Positions 9,463-18,008 of a DNA stretch of 64,000 bases are shown piece by piece. The first letter of the stretch is position 1, and each line of letters starts with the position of its first letter. Origin of the DNA: Clostridia bacterium (GTDB taxonomy: Bacteria > Bacillota > Peptococcia > DRI-13 > SV3-B141); the NCBI GenBank assembly GCA_018433015.1, contig JAHDSB010000017.1, positions 456-64,455 on the forward strand, read 5' to 3'. Position numbers and translations under genes: made by a program. The notes under the pieces were generated by a model that worked only from the letters and a program-made list of their open reading frames with translations, did no database searches and was not told where the DNA came from.

Positions 9463-10291
9463 AGACCTTTTTCACTATAGTTTTCTCCAGCATGCCGTAA
9501 TAAGCGCAATTTTAGCCAGTATCGCCTGCGGCATCATCGGTACCATTATCTTGGAAAAAAAGTTAATTATGATGAGCGGTGGCATAGCTCACACAGCTTT
9601 TGGAGGTATTGGACTAGGATATTTTTTAGGCATAGAACCAATGATAGGGGCTTTATTCTTCTCTATTCTCGCCGCCTTAGCAATACCGCAAATACAAGCT
9701 AAAACGGGTACAAGTTCCGAAGTTATAATGGGGATGTTTTGGTCCCTGGGCATGGCTTTAGGTATCCTCTTTATCGCCCTGATGCCAGGTTACCCCCCCG
9801 ACTTACCTTCCTATCTTTTTGGTGATATTTTGACAGTTACTTCCTTTGATATAAGAGTTATGGTTCTTTTAAATCTAATAATACTGGCCATTATAAGCTC
9901 CTTATATCAACAATATAAAACTTTGTTGTTTGATGAAGAATTTGCCACAGTAATCGGCTTACCTGTATCTCTTCTAAAAAATCTGCTTTTTGTTTTAATC
10001 GCTCTTACTGTAGTAATTCTGATAAGAGTTGTTGGTATAATTCTAATTATAGCTTTATTGACCGTCCCGCCTTCTATAGCTAAAATATTTACAAGTAATT
10101 TAAAAAAAATAATGTTGTTATCCTCTTGTTTAGGTATAGTCTTTTGCTTACTAGGGCTATGGTGCTCATATTCCTTACAGATACCTTCAGGTGCTGCCAT
10201 AATTATTCTCTCGGTAACCAGCTACTTAATGCTATCCCTGTTTTTAAAGATAAAGAAACCTGGAAAAATCAGCATATCAAAAGAAAGTTAG
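9455..10291 (+). CDS. znuB: Metal ABC transporter permease
   Basis: Overlaps znuC by 8 nt. Polytopic membrane protein of the ZnuB/TroC type. Confidence 0.8.
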   Translation: MLKDLFHYSFLQHAVISAILASIACGIIGTIILEKKLIMMSGGIAHTAFGGIGLGYFLGIEPMIGALFFSILAALAIPQIQAKTGTSSEVIMGMFWSLGMALGILFIALMPGYPPDLPSYLFGDILTVTSFDIRVMVLLNLIILAIISSLYQQYKTLLFDEEFATVIGLPVSLLKNLLFVLIALTVVILIRVVGIILIIALLTVPPSIAKIFTSNLKKIMLLSSCLGIVFCLLGLWCSYSLQIPSGAAIIILSVTSYLMLSLFLKIKKPGKISISKES

Positions 10292-10338
10292 CTTTGATTT
10301 CACTTCTTCCTTTGTTACAATAAGAAATGGTGATACTA

Positions 10339-10779
10339 ATGAAACAATTAGAAAAAATGTATAATCTCATCAAGACAAAAGGCCTGAAACTTACACCGGC
10401 TCGTAAAATAATGATGGAAGTATTCCTTAATTCAGGGAATAAGTTGCTTAATGCCTCGGAAATTTATGATCAAGTAAGAGAAAAAAATAGTAAAACCAAT
10501 TTTTCTACTATATACAGAAACTTAGAACTATTGGTAGATCACGGTATTATAGAAAAGCTTCATCTAGGCGTGGAAGCTCAATATATGCTGTTAGATGAAG
10601 ACAGCTGTCGTCATCACATGATTTGTACTGTCTGTCATAAGATTGAACCCCTTCCTTACTGTCCCCTTAAGGAACTGGAAAACTACATTCGTGATGAACA
10701 TAATTTTATCCCCACACAACACCGGGTTGAGATTTATGGGTACTGTAAAAAATGTAGTGAACACAAAAAAGATAAATAG
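10339..10779 (+). CDS. zur: Fur-family metalloregulator (probable Zur)
   Basis: Track ORF 10327..10779. The start is either 10327 or 10339 (MKQLEKMY...). Fur-like wHTH plus CTVC...CKKC metal-binding cysteine pairs. Last gene of the znu operon. Confidence 0.75.
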   Translation: MKQLEKMYNLIKTKGLKLTPARKIMMEVFLNSGNKLLNASEIYDQVREKNSKTNFSTIYRNLELLVDHGIIEKLHLGVEAQYMLLDEDSCRHHMICTVCHKIEPLPYCPLKELENYIRDEHNFIPTQHRVEIYGYCKKCSEHKKDK

Positions 10780-11011
10780 AAATTGATTATTTGGCAGGAT
10801 AATTATCAAGGATGACGAATATATTTATATTGTGAAAAGATCACAAAATAGAGACCATGAAGGTTTCTTATACCTCTAAATCTAGTACCTTTATACTTAT
10901 TTTAATTCCAATTATTTTAAAATCATATAATAACACTAGACATTAACCCATGAAGGTTTTGGCATGAGGCCATAATTTTCTGGGTTATTTTATTTTTAAG
11001 GAGGAAAATTT

Positions 11012-11551
11012 ATGAATTCACGCGCAAAACAAGTAGTAACATCTGGATTACTGGTTGCTATAGGTCTTACACTACCTATCATTTTCCACAGCTTTGCCAT
11101 GGGGGGTCCAGTTTTTTTACCTATGCATATCCCCGTTTTATTGGGCGGATTTCTCCTCTCCCCTATTTATGCTCTTTTAGTGGGAATGCTTACTCCTCTT
11201 TTAAGCAGTGTTCTAACAGGCATGCCTCCCTTTTTCCCCGGTGCTATACAGATGATGTTTGAGCTAGGAGTATACAGTCTTGTTATCTCCCTCATATACC
11301 ACCGTTACAAATTAGGGATTTATCCCAGTTTACTAACAAGTATGCTATTAGGAAGATTTACGGCAGGCATTGTGAATTATATTTTGCTTACCCACTTCTT
11401 AGCTAAAGCTTTCAGTCTTAAAATTTACATTACAGCAGCTTTTGCTACTGCCTTGCCTGGCATTATCATTCAATTAATAGCTATTCCCGCCTTAGTTAAA
11501 CTCTTAGAACACGCTAATATTTTACAACACAAGAAGGAAAATGCTTTATGA
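11012..11551 (+). CDS. ECF-transporter S-component-like membrane protein
   Basis: Track ORF with a strong RBS (AAGGAGG). About 6 TM helices. Resembles vitamin-type ECF substrate-capture proteins. Substrate unknown. Confidence 0.5.
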   Translation: MNSRAKQVVTSGLLVAIGLTLPIIFHSFAMGGPVFLPMHIPVLLGGFLLSPIYALLVGMLTPLLSSVLTGMPPFFPGAIQMMFELGVYSLVISLIYHRYKLGIYPSLLTSMLLGRFTAGIVNYILLTHFLAKAFSLKIYITAAFATALPGIIIQLIAIPALVKLLEHANILQHKKENAL

Positions 11552-12144
11552 ACCTTTCTGCTAACAAGAGTTTTTTCAATAGTAAAGCTCTAGAATGGGA
11601 TAGTATTACTAACCATAATCCGCAAAAAATAAATTATTTATTAGATAAACTGAATTTGAATAAGCATGATAGTGTTTTGGATGTAGGTACAGGTACGGGA
11701 ATTATCTTGTCCTTTTTGTTAGAAAGAATAAGCAATCAAGGTAGTATAACAGCTATAGATTTAGCAGAAAAAATGATTGAAAGAGCCCAAAAAAAATACG
11801 GGCAAAATCCTATTAATTTTATTACCGGAGATGTAACTTCCCTTAATAAACCCGAGACCTATAATGCAATTATTTGCTATTCGGTATTTCCCCATTTTGC
11901 TAATCAGAATCACACAATACATGCCTTACACAACCTTCTGCAGGATAAAGGCAAGTTATTAATCTGTCATTCTGAAGGTCGGGAAACTATCAACTCACGC
12001 CATGGTGATATAAAGGAAAATATCATCTCCCACCCCCTCCCCCCTGTTGAAGAGACTAGTAACCTTCTTGGAAAAAATGGTTTCCAAATCCTTGAGAAAG
12101 AAGACACTTCCCAAATTTATTACATTCTAGGTCAAAAAATATGA
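11548..12144 (+). CDS. Class I SAM-dependent methyltransferase
   Basis: Motif I VLDVGTGTG. ATGA start/stop overlap with the upstream membrane protein indicates translational coupling. Confidence 0.75.
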   Translation: MNLSANKSFFNSKALEWDSITNHNPQKINYLLDKLNLNKHDSVLDVGTGTGIILSFLLERISNQGSITAIDLAEKMIERAQKKYGQNPINFITGDVTSLNKPETYNAIICYSVFPHFANQNHTIHALHNLLQDKGKLLICHSEGRETINSRHGDIKENIISHPLPPVEETSNLLGKNGFQILEKEDTSQIYYILGQKI

Positions 12145-12176
12145 ACTCAAAATAAATATTCTTTTCTATTAACAGT

Positions 12177-12215
12177 AAAAGATGATTTTATATTTCTTCT
12201 ATAAAATCATCTTTT
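12177..12215 (+). terminator. Rho-independent terminator
   Basis: 16-bp perfect stem AAAAGATGATTTTATA / TATAAAATCATCTTTT followed by TATTTTTTT. Confidence 0.8.
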
Positions 12216-12312
12216 TATTTTTTTGACGTACTAGCTTTCAAAAATATTTGATTCACTGAGCATACGGTATCTAGAAGAATTTAATAGTAAAATATAAGAG
12301 CATGCACCTTTA

Positions 12313-12329
12313 TTTGACCATCATTGACC
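12313..12329 (-). promoter_or_regulatory. CtsR operator (inverted orientation) overlapping the clpB -35 region
   Basis: The minus strand reads GGTCAAT-GAT-GGTCAAA. This matches the established CtsR heptad direct repeat (A/G)GTCAAA-NAN-(A/G)GTCAAA. Confidence 0.7.
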
Positions 12330-12331
12330 TT

Positions 12332-12360
12332 TTGTCAAATGCAGGATTTTGCGGTAAAAT
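12332..12360 (+). promoter_or_regulatory. SigA-type promoter of clpB
   Basis: TTGTCA (12332-12337), a 17-nt spacer, then TAAAAT (12355-12360). Flanked by the two CtsR boxes. Confidence 0.6.
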
Positions 12361-12368
12361 AAATTAAA

Positions 12369-12385
12369 GGTCAAATTTAGTCAAG
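12369..12385 (+). promoter_or_regulatory. CtsR operator just downstream of the clpB -10 element
   Basis: GGTCAAA-TTT-AGTCAAG matches the CtsR heptad repeat consensus. Confidence 0.7.
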
Positions 12386-12493
12386 GCATTTTTCCTTTAA
12401 TTAAGATACTAAAATTTGTCTATAATATTACATATGATGGGAGGTGAAGTGTCCTACCCTATTAGATCTGCTATTATGGTAGGGACATTTACG

Positions 12494-15103
12494 ATGGATA
12501 TTAACAAATATACGCAAAAATCAAGACAGGCTATTATTGCTGCCCAAGATTTGGCTACTGAAAATCACCACCAAGAGATTACAAGTAAGCATTTACTATT
12601 AGCTTTACTTACTCAAGAAGGCGGATTGGCTCCCCGTTTTTTAGAGCATGCCGGAATTAATATTCCTAACCTAATAAATATGGTCCAAGAGCTAATAAGA
12701 AAAATCCCTTCAGTCCATGGTTACGAAAGCTCTTTACGTTTAGGGGCCGCTTTAGCTCGAGTATTTATTCGAGCAGAAAAAGAAGCACGGGATCTAAAAG
12801 ATCAATATGTTAGTGTAGAACATTTACTTTTGGCCCTGCTGGAAGAGGGAGAAAATGATGTTAAACAACTCTTCCGCAAGTTTAATTTGACCCGGGAAAA
12901 GCTGTTAAATTCCCTACGTACTATCCGAGGGAACCAACAAGTTAACAGTGAAAATCCTGAAGAAACATATGAAGCTTTAGAAAAATATGGACGTGATCTC
13001 ACCTTATTAGCTAAAGAAGGGAAACTTGATCCGGTAATCGGACGGGATGAAGAAATTCGCCGTGTTATTGAAATTCTGTCTCGTCGCACAAAAAATAACC
13101 CTGTACTTATTGGAGAACCTGGTGTAGGTAAAACCGCTATTGTGGAAGGTTTAGCCCGCCGTATAATTGCAGGAGATGTACCTGAAGGTCTTAAAAATAA
13201 GCAAGTCTTTGCCTTAGATATGGGGGCTCTAATCGCCGGAGCAAAATATCGTGGAGAATTTGAAGAAAGATTAAAAGCAGTGCTGAAAGAGATCCAACAA
13301 TCAGACGGTCACATTATCCTTTTCATCGACGAACTTCATACTGTGGTAGGAGCCGGTGCTGCAGAAGGTGCTATGGATGCGGGCAACATTTTAAAGCCTA
13401 TGTTGGCTAGAGGAGAACTTAAAGCCGTAGGTGCTACAACTTTAAATGAATACAGAAAGTATGTAGAGAAGGACGCTGCTTTGGAACGTCGCTTCCAACC
13501 TGTGATGGTCAATCCCCCTTCTGTAGAAGACACCATATCTATTCTGCGTGGTCTTAAAGAACGCTATGAAGTTCACCACGGTGTACGTATTCAGGACCGT
13601 GCTCTGATAGCTGCGGCTACCCTTTCCGATCGTTATATTTCTGATCGTTTTCTACCTGACAAAGCTATTGATTTAATCGATGAAGCTGCCGCTCGTTTAA
13701 GAACGGAAATAGACAGCATGCCCACGGCGCTGGATGAAATTACTCGTAAAATTATGCAGTTAGAAATTGAAGAAGCTGCTTTGAAAAAAGAAACGGATCC
13801 CGCTTCAGAAAAACGCTTAAAGAATATTCAGGAACAACTTGCTAACTTAAAGTCAGAAGCGGATGTAATGAAAGCCCAATGGCAGGTAGAAAAACAAGGT
13901 ATTTCTCGCATACGCCAGCTGAAAAAAGAAATAGAAGAAACTAAATTGGCAATAGAAAAAGCAGAACGTGAGTATGACCTGAATAAGATGGCGGAACTCA
14001 AATACGGAAAAATGAACGAACTACAGCAAAAATTGAAAAGTGAAGAGGAAAACATTACAGAAAAAGGGAAACATGAAATGCTACTGAAGGAGGAAGTTGA
14101 AGAAGAAGATATTGCTCAAGTAGTAAGCCGCTGGACCAGTATCCCTCTGAATAAACTCATGGAAGGGGAAAAACAAAAGCTGATAGCCCTTGATAAGATC
14201 TTACATCAGCGCGTAATTGGTCAAGATCAAGCCGTCCAGGCTGTAACAGATGCCGTTCTGCGAGCTAGAGCAGGGATCAAAGATCCTAACCGCCCCATAG
14301 GCAGCTTTATCTTCCTAGGCCCTACCGGCGTTGGAAAAACAGAATTAGCCAAGGCCCTAGCCTTCACTCTTTTTGATGATGAACGCAACATGATTCGTAT
14401 TGACATGTCGGAGTATATGGAAAAACATACTGTAGCCCGGCTAATTGGCGCACCTCCCGGCTATGTAGGATATGATGAAGGAGGTTACCTCACAGAAGCT
14501 GTACGCAGACATCCCTATTCCGTACTACTCTTCGATGAAATAGAAAAAGCCCATCAGGATATCTTCAACATTATGCTACAAATCCTAGACGATGGAAGAC
14601 TAACTGACGGTCAAGGAAGAACTGTTAATTTTAAAAATACAGTAATTATCATGACCTCCAATATAGGTAGTCAGGAAATTTTAGATTTTCAACACCGCCC
14701 AGATAAAGATTATGAGACCATGAAAAATACTGTTATGCAAATCATGCAACAATATTTCCGTCCTGAATTCTTAAACAGAGTTGATGAAACCGTTGTGTTC
14801 CATGCTTTAGAGCCTGAACACATGCAAGAAATCAGTAAGATCATGTTGGAACATTTAAATATACGACTTCAACAGACCAGCAACATTACTTTAAGTTATT
14901 CACAAGCTGCTTTAGATTATCTGGGCAATAAAGGATATGACCCCAGCTTTGGGGCCAGACCTTTAAAGCGACTAATACAACATGAAATAGAGACACCTCT
15001 AAGCCGTTTAATAATTAAGGGGGAAGTAGCGCCTCCCGCTACGGTAAATATTGATTTAAAAGACGGCAAACTCCACTTTTCCACACAAAAAGGCACAGTA
15101 TAA
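12494..15103 (+). CDS. clpB: ATP-dependent chaperone/disaggregase ClpB
   Basis: Track ORF 12416..15103 starts at a TTG. The conserved ClpB N-terminus begins at the ATG at 12494 ([14 protein letters not shown]...). Two AAA+ modules (GEPGVGKT and GPTGVGKT) flank a long middle coiled coil. Confidence 0.95.
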   Translation: MDINKYTQKSRQAIIAAQDLATENHHQEITSKHLLLALLTQEGGLAPRFLEHAGINIPNLINMVQELIRKIPSVHGYESSLRLGAALARVFIRAEKEARDLKDQYVSVEHLLLALLEEGENDVKQLFRKFNLTREKLLNSLRTIRGNQQVNSENPEETYEALEKYGRDLTLLAKEGKLDPVIGRDEEIRRVIEILSRRTKNNPVLIGEPGVGKTAIVEGLARRIIAGDVPEGLKNKQVFALDMGALIAGAKYRGEFEERLKAVLKEIQQSDGHIILFIDELHTVVGAGAAEGAMDAGNILKPMLARGELKAVGATTLNEYRKYVEKDAALERRFQPVMVNPPSVEDTISILRGLKERYEVHHGVRIQDRALIAAATLSDRYISDRFLPDKAIDLIDEAAARLRTEIDSMPTALDEITRKIMQLEIEEAALKKETDPASEKRLKNIQEQLANLKSEADVMKAQWQVEKQGISRIRQLKKEIEETKLAIEKAEREYDLNKMAELKYGKMNELQQKLKSEEENITEKGKHEMLLKEEVEEEDIAQVVSRWTSIPLNKLMEGEKQKLIALDKILHQRVIGQDQAVQAVTDAVLRARAGIKDPNRPIGSFIFLGPTGVGKTELAKALAFTLFDDERNMIRIDMSEYMEKHTVARLIGAPPGYVGYDEGGYLTEAVRRHPYSVLLFDEIEKAHQDIFNIMLQILDDGRLTDGQGRTVNFKNTVIIMTSNIGSQEILDFQHRPDKDYETMKNTVMQIMQQYFRPEFLNRVDETVVFHALEPEHMQEISKIMLEHLNIRLQQTSNITLSYSQAALDYLGNKGYDPSFGARPLKRLIQHEIETPLSRLIIKGEVAPPATVNIDLKDGKLHFSTQKGTV

Positions 15104-15116
15104 AAACTGTGCCTTT
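15089..15116. terminator. Bidirectional terminator between convergent clpB and the ABC permease gene
   Basis: AAAGGCACAG / CTGTGCCTTT stem. The loop contains the clpB stop codon. Confidence 0.7.
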
Positions 15117-15154
15117 CCTTTACTCTGTTATCATTTCCTTTAATATCTCATCTA

Positions 15155-15823
15155 TTAAAATTCTCGTTTATTATAGAACCTTACAGATAGAAAATATGAA
15201 ATAAGCATTATTATAAACACTGAGCCCATTAACATACTAATTATTTCCCAGGAAGACAATTTGAACAAGAATGAACATATTTGAGATAAAATTTCTTGAA
15301 GCTCTGTATCACTAGCCAGGCTAACTACAAGGTTAGGTATTAGCAAAGTACCAAACAATAATATAAAATTAAGGAGTTTTGATTTAAGATAACCATATTT
15401 AAAATATACAGGGAAGTAGATAGAAATAAAAAGTATTAAGCTAGTTACTATTCCTACAATTTCATATGTGCCTAAATAATTTGCTGAAATACTAAATCCA
15501 ATACTATTTAATATTACTCCAATTATTGCAACAACGACAAGAGCATAAAACATAAACACAAATGCAGTGAGATATCGAGCCTTAACAATCGTAGATCTTT
15601 TGAGGGGCAAGCTGTTAATAAAAATATCACTAGTATTCTTAAATTCTTGGGCACAAGTTCCCATAATTAAGGTATATGAAATAACCATTGCTAACAAAAT
15701 TTGTGACCCTGTGTCCAGGGTTCCAAAGTAATTAAAAATAATTATAGGTATAATACAAAATATTCCCATTAACATAAGACTTTTTTTCTGAAGTAGTATA
15801 TCTTTTAATACTAAGTTAAGCAT
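15155..15823 (-). CDS. ABC-2 type transporter permease
   Basis: Track ORF. About 6 TM helices. Overlaps the upstream ATPase gene by 8 nt. Confidence 0.7.
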   Translation of the reverse strand: MLNLVLKDILLQKKSLMLMGIFCIIPIIIFNYFGTLDTGSQILLAMVISYTLIMGTCAQEFKNTSDIFINSLPLKRSTIVKARYLTAFVFMFYALVVVAIIGVILNSIGFSISANYLGTYEIVGIVTSLILFISIYFPVYFKYGYLKSKLLNFILLFGTLLIPNLVVSLASDTELQEILSQICSFLFKLSSWEIISMLMGSVFIIMLISYFLSVRFYNKREF

Positions 15824-16682
15824 TCTTATACCTCCCGATCGTAAATAACATGATCTCCTCTAAGCTAGGTCGTTCCAATACTAATGTATCTTGCCATTTT
15901 TTTCTGATGTTTTCCCCATCATGAGCCAGACCTTCAAATCCATATTTAGTCTCTTTTATTCCCACCAAAGCTTGCTTAAGCTCCTCATTTAAGGAATCTT
16001 TAGTTCCTTTGACCAGGATATAATTCTCCTGAAGTTCTTCTTTAGATAAACTAAATACAATCTTTCCCTGATTAATACAGGTTATATAATCAGCTATCTT
16101 CTCTAGGTCAGAAGTTATATGGGTAGAAAAAAGAATACTTCCTTCTTCCGCAGATATATATTCTCGTAATATATCAAGAAGTTCACTGCGGAAAACCGGA
16201 TCGAGACCCGAGGTAGGCTCATCCATAATCAAGAGCTGAGGATGATGAGATAGAGCTAAGGCCAGAGAAAACTTTAATTTCATACCTTTCGATAACTCTT
16301 TAATTTTCTTTTTACCGGGCAGCTCAAATTGCTCCATATAATGATTAAATAATGAATCATCCCACTTAGAATAAAAAGGTGCCACGAATTTTTTAGTTTC
16401 CAGCAAGGTTAACTCTTCATAGAAATAATTTTCATCGTAAACAAAACCTATTTTTTCTTTTACATTTAAGTTATCTGTAATATTGTCCTTGCCTAAAATC
16501 TCAATTTTTCCCCTATCTTTTTTTAAAAGGTTCATAATTAATTTTATAGTTGTTGATTTTCCTGCACCATTAGGTCCCACAAAACCCATAACATAACCTT
16601 TTTCCAAACTAAACGTTATATCTTGTAAAGCAAAACCCTTATATTTTTTATTTAATCCCTGGATTTTTAAAATATCCGTCAT
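15816..16682 (-). CDS. ABC transporter ATP-binding protein
   Basis: Walker A GPNGAGKST, signature LSKGMKLK, Walker B LLIMDEPTSGLD. Confidence 0.9.
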   Translation of the reverse strand: MTDILKIQGLNKKYKGFALQDITFSLEKGYVMGFVGPNGAGKSTTIKLIMNLLKKDRGKIEILGKDNITDNLNVKEKIGFVYDENYFYEELTLLETKKFVAPFYSKWDDSLFNHYMEQFELPGKKKIKELSKGMKLKFSLALALSHHPQLLIMDEPTSGLDPVFRSELLDILREYISAEEGSILFSTHITSDLEKIADYITCINQGKIVFSLSKEELQENYILVKGTKDSLNEELKQALVGIKETKYGFEGLAHDGENIRKKWQDTLVLERPSLEEIMLFTIGRYKNA

Positions 16683-16684
16683 TT

Positions 16685-17059
16685 TTAGTCCTCCTCATAT
16701 AAAACTTGCAACATTTCTGCTAACTCTGCCCTGCTTACTTTAAGAAATTTCGCTTCTCTAACCACTTCGTTTAATTTTTCTTCTAACATACTCAACTTCT
16801 TTTCCCGCAAAAACTCGTAGTTCTGCCCAGCTACAAAAGACCCTTTTCCTCCCACGGTTTCGATGAACCCTTCCTTTTCTAGTTCTTCATATGCCCTCTT
16901 ACTGGTAATTACACTAATTTCCAGCTCTCTGGCTAAATTTCTAATGGAAGGTAACGGATCTCCTGCTTGCAGTTTTCCGGCAATAATAGATTTCTTAATC
17001 TGCCGCACAATTTGTTGATAAATGGGTTCCTGAGATGAATTAGAGATGATTATATCCAC
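16685..17059 (-). CDS. GntR-family (YtrA subfamily) transcriptional regulator
   Basis: 124 aa. Classic GntR wHTH LPSIRNLARELEISVITSKRAYEELEKEGFI followed by a short C-terminal helix. First gene of the ABC operon. Confidence 0.85.
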   Translation of the reverse strand: MDIIISNSSQEPIYQQIVRQIKKSIIAGKLQAGDPLPSIRNLARELEISVITSKRAYEELEKEGFIETVGGKGSFVAGQNYEFLREKKLSMLEEKLNEVVREAKFLKVSRAELAEMLQVLYEED

Positions 17060-17104
17060 GATATCATCCTCACATTTAGTATTTTCACTGAGAACGCGTA
17101 TATT

Positions 17105-17145
17105 GCGTATATACTGTATATAACGTTCATGTACAGTATATACGC
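17105..17145. promoter_or_regulatory. Putative autoregulatory operator of the YtrA-type operon
   Basis: Perfect 14-bp inverted repeat GCGTATATACTGTA (17105-17118) / TACAGTATATACGC (17132-17145). It lies 46 nt upstream of the regulator start codon. Confidence 0.55.
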
Positions 17146-17266
17146 ATGTTTCTTTATTGTCAATTCTTACTTTTAATTAATTTTTTGCCTAATACTGTAA
17201 ATCCCATTCACACCTTATAGGTTGTCTGAATAAGCTATAGCAAGCTACATTAAGGGGAGATAATTT

Positions 17267-17950
17267 ATGCCTAAAATAAATTTAAATTTTAACCCTCTGT
17301 CCAAAAAACAAGCTAATGTTTCAAATAATAATGAATGTGTATGTACTCCCTTTCAACCTGGACAAGAACTATGGCCTATTTACTGTGACTACTTTAATTT
17401 AGGAGATCCTGCACCCCTTTTTACTCTAGAAGGAGTATATAAATGCAAACGGGAATCCTTCAGTTTAAAAGATTATTTAAAAAAATGGGTGGTTCTTTTT
17501 TTCTATGGTTCAGATTTTACTTTTGTTTGACCTACAGAATTAGCAGCAGTTGCTGCAAAATATAAAGAATGGAGCTGTATTAATACTCAATTCTTAGCTA
17601 TTAGTACTGACAGTATCTATTCTCATAAAATTTTTATTCAGACTTCCCCCTCTGGTCGTACCATTAATTTTCCTCTTCTCTCCGACCGAACACAAAAAGT
17701 ATCTAAAATGTATGGAGTTCTTAACGAAAAAGAAGGTTTCGCGTACCGAGCCGCATTCATTATCGATCCTGAGGGAAGAATTCAGGGTTATCTGGTAAAT
17801 CCTCAGCCCGTAGGAAGAAACATTGATGAAATTATTCGCATCATCAAAGCTCTACAATACCATCGTAAAACAGGGTTAGGTGTGCCAGCAGGATGGAAAC
17901 CTGGAGATCCCGGAATCCCTACCGGTTGGGAATATGTTGGTAAATATTAA
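17267..17950 (+). CDS. prxU: Selenocysteine-containing peroxiredoxin (AhpC/Prx family; TGA at 17528-17530 read as Sec)
   Basis: Track ORFs 17267..17530 and 17708..17950 are in the same frame (441-nt offset), and the only stop between them is the TGA. The continuous translation reads ...WVVLFFYGSDFTFV-U-PTELAAVAAKY...ISTDS...AAFIIDPEGRIQ.... This is the FTFVCPTE Prx active site with UGA at the peroxidatic Cys position. Strong RBS AAGGGGAG precedes 17267. Confidence 0.8.
17540..17559 (+). promoter_or_regulatory. SECIS-like hairpin downstream of the in-frame UGA
   Basis: UUAGCAGC-AGUU-GCUGCAAA. The core is a 5-bp GC-rich stem, followed after an A/A mismatch by two further A-U pairs. It starts 9 nt after the UGA and has a G/U-containing tetraloop. 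Position and size are consistent with bacterial SECIS elements. Confidence 0.5.
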
Positions 17951-17972
17951 GGAACGCTCCCGTTCTAATAAA

Positions 17973-18008
17973 AAACAACCCTGATACCTTTAAATATCAG
18001 GGTTGTTT
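17973..18008. terminator. Bidirectional terminator between the peroxiredoxin gene and ttcA
   Basis: Perfect 14-bp stem AAACAACCCTGATA / TATCAGGGTTGTTT, flanked by an A-run on the left and a T-run on the right. It overlaps the last codons of the minus-strand gene. Confidence 0.75.

Noticed and set aside
12416-12493. A TTG-initiated 26-codon N-terminal extension of clpB.
   Set aside because: The conserved ClpB N-terminus starts at the ATG at 12494. The extension would begin only about 30 nt after the downstream CtsR operator and has no homology-like content.
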